From assembly GCF_008065095.1 (NCBI RefSeq), contig NZ_CP042911.1:4860001-4892000 (forward strand): a DNA stretch of 32,000 nucleotides. The letters run 5' to 3'. The position numbers and the translations under genes are program-made. This document shows, piece by piece, positions 26,807-32,000 of the stretch. This stretch comes from Gemmata obscuriglobus (GTDB lineage Bacteria; Planctomycetota; Planctomycetia; Gemmatales; Gemmataceae). Below the pieces are notes generated by a model. It was not told where the DNA came from. It searched no databases and was given only the letters and a program-made list of their open reading frames with translations. Every line of letters starts with the position of its first letter. The stretch's first letter is position 1.

Positions 26807-27804
26807 ACGCGGTTACTCTACGATCACCCCGGCGGTGGTCCATGCGTTGTCCCGGCGAACGTTCGCTCGGGCACTCGGTTGGACCGACTACAAGCAGTCG
26901 GTGACGCGCACCCAGTTGTTGGACCTGGTGCTGTTGATCGCGGGCACCACCCGCACCCTGTTCGCGGTGGTCACCCGGTACTTCGGGTTCTCCCACCAGA
27001 CCGCGCGACCGGCGGTGCGCGCGAACCTGGGCTCCCGGGACCAGCTGACGGCCCGGCTGGTGGATGCGCTCCGCGGCGTGGCACGGTTCACCCGCCGGGA
27101 CCGGACCCGCCGGTGGACGTGCGCCATCGACGTGCATTACGTGCCCTTTTAAGGGGGCCGCAGCACCCCGGGGATGATCGGCGGACCCAAGAAGGCCGGC
27201 ACCTCATTCTTCCATGCGTACGCCACCTGCGTTCTGATTCATAAGCGGCGGCAGTATACCGTCGGGCCGATGAGCGTAACGAAGGGCGCCAAGCCGCACC
27301 AGCAGGTGCAAACCCTTCTGGATCAAGTAGTTGCCCGCGGGCTCACGGTCCGCGGGGTGGTGCTCGACGCCGGGTTCGACAGCGGGGAAACGTTGCTGCT
27401 GTTGCAGCAACGGAACCTCAACTACACGGTGCCGATCCGCAAGAAGGGCAAAGGCACCAACCGCCGCAACGAATGCGACACCCAACCGTCGGGCACCATC
27501 ACCACGATGGAATGGGTGACCGAGAAGACCCGTCAGGCGGTGTCCACCCGGGTGTTGGTGTGGGAACGCACGGGCGAAGGGGCGGCCCGGGTGTACGCGT
27601 TCCGCGGGTGGGGCGATGCGACCGCCGTGTCCGAGGCGAACCGGGCTCGGCTGGGCCGCCGCCGGTACCGCGAGCGGTTCGAGATCGAGACCAGCTATCG
27701 ACAAAAGAATCAAGCTCGCGGGTGGACGACCCGCACCGACCCCGAGTACCGACGGCTGCTCGAAGGGGTGGCGTTGCTGTTGCGACAGGTGTGGGTGGCT
27801 CTCA
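26802..27804 (+). pseudogene. IS4-superfamily DDE transposase (family unresolved) with an in-frame TAA, interrupted by the IS5-like element
   Basis: Track ORFs 26802-27152 and 27174-27866 are in the same frame and separated only by TAA at 27150-27152 (...CAIDVHYVPF * GGRSTPGMIGGPKKAGTSFFHAYAT...). D2 VVLDAGFDSGETL. YREK-like RYRERFEIETSYRQK. Coding sense is lost at 27805, where the IS5-like inverted repeat starts. The 3' remainder lies in 28678-28824, but I could not resolve its frame. Confidence 0.75.
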
Positions 27805-28674
27805 GAGTGTGTTTTGAAACCGCTCTAGATTTTGAGCAGCAGATGGTCTACTCATGGCCGCCATGAGTAGGAAGCGATACCCGACGGATCTGACGGATGC
27901 GCAATGGGAGCAGTTGGACCGGCTGTTGCCGAAGCCCAAGTGCGGGACCGCCAAGGGTGGTCACCCGGTGGTGGTGGACCGGCGCGAGGTGGTGAACGCG
28001 ATCTTCTACCACCGGCGCGCGGGCGGGGCGTGGCGCATGCTCCCCCACGACTTCCCGGCGTGGCAAACGGTGTACGGCCTGTTCCGCGACTGGCGCCTCG
28101 CGGGCGCCTGGGATCAGGTGCATGCGGCGCTCCGCGAGGAGGTGCGCATCGAGGCCGGGTACCCCGCCACCCCGGAGACCTTGCGAGTCGACAGTCAGAC
28201 GGTCAAGATCACCCACCGCGGCGGCCCGAAGGGGTACGACGGGGGGAAAAAAGGTGAACGGCCGCAAGCCGTTCATCGGGGTCGATTCGCTCGGGTTGGT
28301 GTGGGCCCTGTCGGTGCTCACGGCCGACATCCAGGATCGGGACGGCGGGCGGTGGCTGCTGAGCGCGGTGCGGCACCGACTGCCGCGGGTGCGTGAGGTG
28401 ATCGCCGACAGCGGGTTCTCCAAGCGGTTCCAGCAGTTCGTCCGCAACGTGTGCCGATGGGCGGTGACCATCACCGCCAACGCCAAGGACGGGTTCAAGG
28501 TGCACACCCGGCGGTGGGTGGTGGAGCGCACGTTCGCTTGGTTCGTCCGGTACCGGCGGCTCATGGTCGATTACGAGTACCACACCGAAACCACCGAAGC
28601 CATGATCCAAGCCGCCATGATTCACCGCATGCTCCGCAAACTGCACCCCAACCCGTAGGTTTCAAAACACACTC
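27805..28674 (+). mobile_element. IS5-family (IS427-group-like) insertion sequence, 870 bp
   Basis: A perfect 16-bp inverted repeat: gagtgtgttttgaaac at 27805-27820 is the reverse complement of 28659-28674. It is flanked by a 3-bp direct repeat TCA (27802-27804 and 28675-28677). Confidence 0.9.
27863..28658 (+). CDS. IS5-family transposase encoded in two overlapping frames (+1 relationship)
   Basis: ORF1 MSRKRYPTDLTDAQWEQL...LRVDSQTVKITHRGGPKGYDGGKK. The expected continuation VNGRKPFIGVDSLG...VIADSGFS...RWVVERTFAWFVRYRRL is in the +1 frame (track ORF 28122-28658). The switch point is the G6A6 tract at 28241-28252. ATG at 27854 is an alternative start. Confidence 0.85.
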
Positions 28675-29020
28675 TCACCCTCCGGATCGCGCGCACAACG
28701 GCTCGCGCCGAGCGCGTGGGTGGCCGAGTTCCCGTTGGCCGAGATGCTCGACTGGCTCACACAACGCATCCACGCACGCGATGTATCACACTGCCGAACA
28801 AAACACTTACAACCACCGCAACCACTTGAAACTACTGTGGCGGTCGCGGCTCGTCAAGACAGCAGCAGTATTACCGGGTACGTGTATCAGGCCGTGACTT
28901 CACCCCGGCACATGTGATCCTCGCATTTACCAAGGTCTATTTCGACAGAACGTCCAAATTCCGAACGGATTTGAATGCAGTCCGAATGAGTGCCGTTTCG
29001 AGCTGAAAACCAAGAAGTAA

Positions 29021-30330
29021 GGGACTCGGCAAAAAATAACTATCCCAAGTCTCGTATCGTAGGATGACCTTCTCGGTGGTACCCGCAGGAGGTCGCTGTG
29101 ATTCCGTTCGGCGAGACACTCACGCCCGCGTTGATCGAGGCGGCGAACGATCTGCGCGGGGCGCAACGACGGTTGTTCATGGCCCGGGTGGTGCGTGCGT
29201 TGGGTCCCGGCGGTCAACGCCGAGCCGAAGAGGCGTTCGGGTGGAACCGGGTCACCATCCGCAAGGGCATGCGGGAACTGAACTCGGGCGTCGTGGCCCG
29301 CGACGCGTTCTCGGCGCGAGGCCGGCACCGTGCCGAGGACCGATTGCCCGACCTGCTGGCCGACATCCGGGACCTCGTCACCAGCCAGAGCCAGGCGGAC
29401 CCGCGGTTCCGCACCCTGCGCCTGTATACCCGGCTGACGGCCGAAGAAGTGCGGCGTCAGCTGGTCGCCACGAAGGGGTACCGCGCGGACCAGTTGCCCC
29501 AGGCGCGAACCCTCCGCACCAAGCTCAACGACCTCGGGTTCCACCCGACCAAGGTTCTCAAGTGCGTGCCCAAAAAAAGATCCCCCAGACCGATGCCATC
29601 TTCGCACGGCTGAAGGAGATCAACCCGCAGGCCGACGCTAGTGCCGACACGCTGCGGCTGTCGCTGGACGCGAAAGCCGGTGTTCAGGTGGGGGCGTACT
29701 CGCGCAAGGGCAAGAACCGAGTACGAACGAAGGCCGCGGACCACGACTTCCGGGCCGAAGAGGTCCTGACACCCTACGGGCTGTTGCTGCCGCGTGACAG
29801 CGACCTATGGCTGTACTTCACGACGTCGCGGGTGACGAGCGATTTCATCGTGGACATCCTGGACCGCTGGTGGGTACAGCACCAGCCGCGCTTCCCGCGG
29901 GTCCGGACACTGGTCATCAACCAAGACAACGGGCCGGAGAACAAAGGCCGGCGAACCCAGTTCCTCAAGAGGATGGTGGCCTTGGCGCGTCAGCGGAGGC
30001 GGCTCGTGCGGCTGGCGTATTACCCGCCCTACCACAGCAAGTACAACCCGATCGAGCACTGCTGGGGGGTACTCGAGAACCACTGGGGCGGAGATCTGTT
30101 AGACACCCGCGAAGCGGTCCTCGGGTTCGCCCGGTCGATGACCTGGGGCGGCAAGCATCCCACCGTTGAGGTACTGACCGATGCCTACCCGAAGGGCGTC
30201 CGCTTGACGAAAAAGGAAATGGCGCAGGTCGAAGACGAGGTTCATCGGCTACCGGATCTCAACGATTGGTTCGTGGACATCCCTGGCCACGAACTGCCTC
30301 CGTTGGGATAGTTATTTTTTGCCGAGTCCC
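29021..30330 (+). mobile_element. ISAzo13-family insertion sequence, 1310 bp, apparently intact
   Basis: A perfect 28-bp terminal inverted repeat: gggactcggcaaaaaataactatcccaa at 29021-29048 is the reverse complement of 30303-30330. It is flanked by TAA on both sides (29018-29020 and 30331-30333). Confidence 0.9.
29098..30311 (+). CDS. ISAzo13-family ('Rhodopirellula-type') DDE transposase with a -1 frame change at an A7G tract
   Basis: Frame A (29098-29613) ends ...KVLKCVPKK, and frame B continues KIPQTDAIFARLKEIN...LVINQDNGPEN...YYPPYHSKYNPIEHCWGVLENHW to 30311. Frame B is -1 relative to A. The overlap is ccc aaa aaa aga, with A7 at 29572-29578. Confidence 0.9.
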
Positions 30331-30333
30331 TAA

Positions 30334-30380
30334 AACGCACGTGGTGCGAGGCCATTGTTGCCCCGCACCACGTGTGCGTT
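30334..30380 (-). terminator. Stem-loop downstream of the TPR-like gene, abutting the ISAzo13 right end
   Basis: aacgcacgtggtgcg (30334-30348) pairs with cgcaccacgtgtgcgtt (30364-30380): 15 bp with a 2-nt bulge and a 15-nt loop. It lies about 110 nt past the stop of the minus-strand gene at 30492. There is no U-tract. Confidence 0.25.
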
Positions 30381-30491
30381 AGTGCCCGATTGTTACCTGC
30401 TACACGTTCGGAGAGTTGCGGAGCCGTCGAAAGTCACCGCAGCCGCTCGGACGGAAGAAGCCCACTGCTCACCCGAACGCTACAACCGGCG

Positions 30492-31301
30492 TCAGCCGTC
30501 GGCCTTTCCGCTGCGGAGCCGGGCGAAGTGCGGTCGCGGGAACGACACCACATCCGTTCGCACCGCAACATCATCCCGCTTCGGCCCGATCCCGCCAGCG
30601 ATCCGCACGAACGGTAAAAGCACACGGTCGCCGTCCCTGGCGAATTGCGCGTCCTGCGCGTGCCGTGTGTACTCGGAGGCTTTTTCCGCCTGCCGTTGTG
30701 CCTGTCGCGCCGTTTCGAACCGCACCCGTCCGAACAGCGAGGTGAGTTCCGCGCCCCCGGGGTTCAAGAAACTGGCCCGCTCCAGAACCTTGCGTGCCGC
30801 CGAAGGCCGGTTGGCCTCAAGCAACCCGCGCACCACAACACGGATCACCTCGATGTTCCCAGGCGTTTGGTCAGCCGCAGCCCTCATCTCCCGGGCGCCG
30901 CACTTCACCTTCCCGCACCGCACCGCAGCCCGCCCGAAGGCGGCGCGGAACGTGGCGTTGGTGCCGTCGAGCAGGGTCGCCTTGCGGTACGCCAGCATCG
31001 CCCGGCGGTCGCACCCGTCCGGATCTTCCTCCCATGCGCGGCCGGTGAGGTAGCAGGCGCGGGCGTCGCTCGCGTCAAGCGCGAGCACCGTCTTCAGGTG
31101 CCGCCGGGCCGCCACAAACCGTCCGCCATCGAGCGCCAGTTCCGCCGCCAGCTTGCTGCCGTCGCGGAGGATGTCGGCCGGCACATCCGGGCGCGCAAGA
31201 AGCCGGTCCAGTTGAGCGAGAGCGTCCGTCTTTCGCCCGCTGGTCGCGGTCGCGCGAATCGACTCCCAGCCGGTCTGGATCAGGGTGAGCGTCCTGCTCA
31301 T
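30492..31301 (-). CDS. TPR-like helical repeat protein, unknown function
   Basis: ATG at 31299-31301 is preceded by a strong AAGGAGG. Ala/Leu/Arg-rich repeated helical pairs. High GC3. Confidence 0.7.
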   Translation of the reverse strand: MSRTLTLIQTGWESIRATATSGRKTDALAQLDRLLARPDVPADILRDGSKLAAELALDGGRFVAARRHLKTVLALDASDARACYLTGRAWEEDPDGCDRRAMLAYRKATLLDGTNATFRAAFGRAAVRCGKVKCGAREMRAAADQTPGNIEVIRVVVRGLLEANRPSAARKVLERASFLNPGGAELTSLFGRVRFETARQAQRQAEKASEYTRHAQDAQFARDGDRVLLPFVRIAGGIGPKRDDVAVRTDVVSFPRPHFARLRSGKADG

Positions 31302-31552
31302 GCCGCTGCCTCCTTGCAGCTTCTTGCTGCGAGTAATCAGTGAGTGGTGGGAAGATATACCGGTCCGTACCGGGTGTGCAAGTACGAAATCGTATGCCGT
31401 TTATGCCGGAAAAATTAAGGAAAAAACTGTAGCCGCCGGCTTGACAGGGGTCCGAAATGAAGGGGTGAAGTTGGGGCTTCACAATCGCCGATTACGCTGC
31501 CACGGGGGCTCGTTCGCTCCCCTGTTCGGTGCGTTGCAACGGAGAAGCCGTC

Positions 31553-32000
31553 GTGGATTGGTCGCACTTCGGCATGGACCGCGCGCCGTTCCGCCCCGCG
31601 GTGGACCCCGCCGCCTACTTCGCGGCGCCGGGCCACGAGGCGGCCCTGGCGGGGCTGGTGGGTGCGTTCGCCCGGCGCGACCCGCTCGTCCTCATTGACG
31701 GCCCGTCCGGCGTCGGCAAGTCGCTCGTCACCCGCAAGTGGCTCGACGACCTGCTGCCCGACGTGCCCCGGGTGCTGATCCCGAACGCCCGCGCCGAGAA
31801 GCCGGCCGACCTGCTCCAAGCGGTCCTGTTCGACCTCGGGAAGCCGTACCAGGGGCTCACCGAACAGGAGCTCCGGCTCGCGGTGACCGGCCACCTGCTC
31901 GACGCCGCCGGGGGCGGGTTCCCGACGGTGCTCGTGATCGACGAGGCCCAGCACCTGAGCCACGCGGCCCTCGAGGAGCTGCGCCTGCTGGGCAACCTGG
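31553..32000 (+). CDS. ExeA/GspA-like AAA+ ATPase (5' part; continues beyond window)
   Basis: Open frame to the window end, so it is not in the ORF track. GTG at 31553 (alternatives GTG 31529, ATG 31574) gives VDWSHFGMDRAPF, matching the usual ExeA-type start. Walker A LIDGPSGVGKS and Walker B TVLVIDEAQHL. Confidence 0.85.
   Translation, partial: MDWSHFGMDRAPFRPAVDPAAYFAAPGHEAALAGLVGAFARRDPLVLIDGPSGVGKSLVTRKWLDDLLPDVPRVLIPNARAEKPADLLQAVLFDLGKPYQGLTEQELRLAVTGHLLDAAGGGFPTVLVIDEAQHLSHAALEELRLLGNL

Larger units (their letters stand above)
26723..28837 (+). mobile_element. Second IS4-superfamily element inserted into the inner edge of the IS50-like right inverted repeat
   Basis: Inverted repeat: cagtagtttcaag at 26723-26735 is the reverse complement of 28825-28837, with partial similarity further inward. 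It is flanked by a 4-bp direct repeat TGGC (26719-26722 and 28838-28841). About 1.25 kb without the nested IS5-like element. Confidence 0.75.
25138..28893 (+). mobile_element. IS4-family (IS50/Tn5-like) element carrying two further nested IS elements
   Basis: A perfect 24-bp inverted repeat: gctgtcttgacgagccgcgaccgc at 25168-25191 is the reverse complement of 28840-28863. Its outer end reads CTGTCT..., like IS50 ends. A second inverted block, matching at 14 of 18 positions, sits symmetrically 12 nt further out (25138-25155 / 28876-28893). The true termini are therefore either 25169/28862 or 25138/28893. With the nested insertions removed, the element is about 1.6 kb. Confidence 0.75.

Overview
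Very GC-rich window that looks planctomycete, probably Gemmataceae-like. This is inferred from the DUF1559 prepilin-type gene, an ISAzo13 ('Rhodopirellula') transposase and an ECF sigma factor paired with a Ser/Thr kinase. Layout: (1) 1-9180, minus strand: a tightly coupled seven-gene MoxR / DUF58 / VWA 'Bat-like' operon. It ends in a secreted protein of more than 1150 aa that runs off the left edge, so it is missing from the ORF track. (2) 9376-10442: an anomalous AT-richer island of about 1 kb with no convincing gene. (3) 10443-12048: a frameshifted, IS-truncated DUF1559 gene and a decayed IS1-family element. (4) 12304-19351, plus strand, is the block I consider most interesting. It encodes a 950-aa secreted protein, an ECF sigma factor, and a membrane Ser/Thr kinase. 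The kinase N-terminus carries an anti-sigma-type H-x3-C-x2-C motif, and its extracytoplasmic domain is duplicated as a free secreted paralogue immediately downstream. (5) 19417-23425: a soluble multi-PAS histidine kinase and a divergent FixJ/NarL-type response regulator. (6) 23505-30330: an IS graveyard with five elements from five families (IS1182-like, IS50/Tn5-like, a second IS4-superfamily element, IS5/IS427-like, ISAzo13-like), three of them nested inside one another. (7) 30492-32000: a TPR-like protein and a divergent ExeA-like AAA+ ATPase (partial). I saw no rRNA, tRNA or CRISPR array. Most long ORFs in the supplied track are antisense or off-frame shadows typical of high-GC DNA. All family assignments are by-eye motif recognition and no searches were run.
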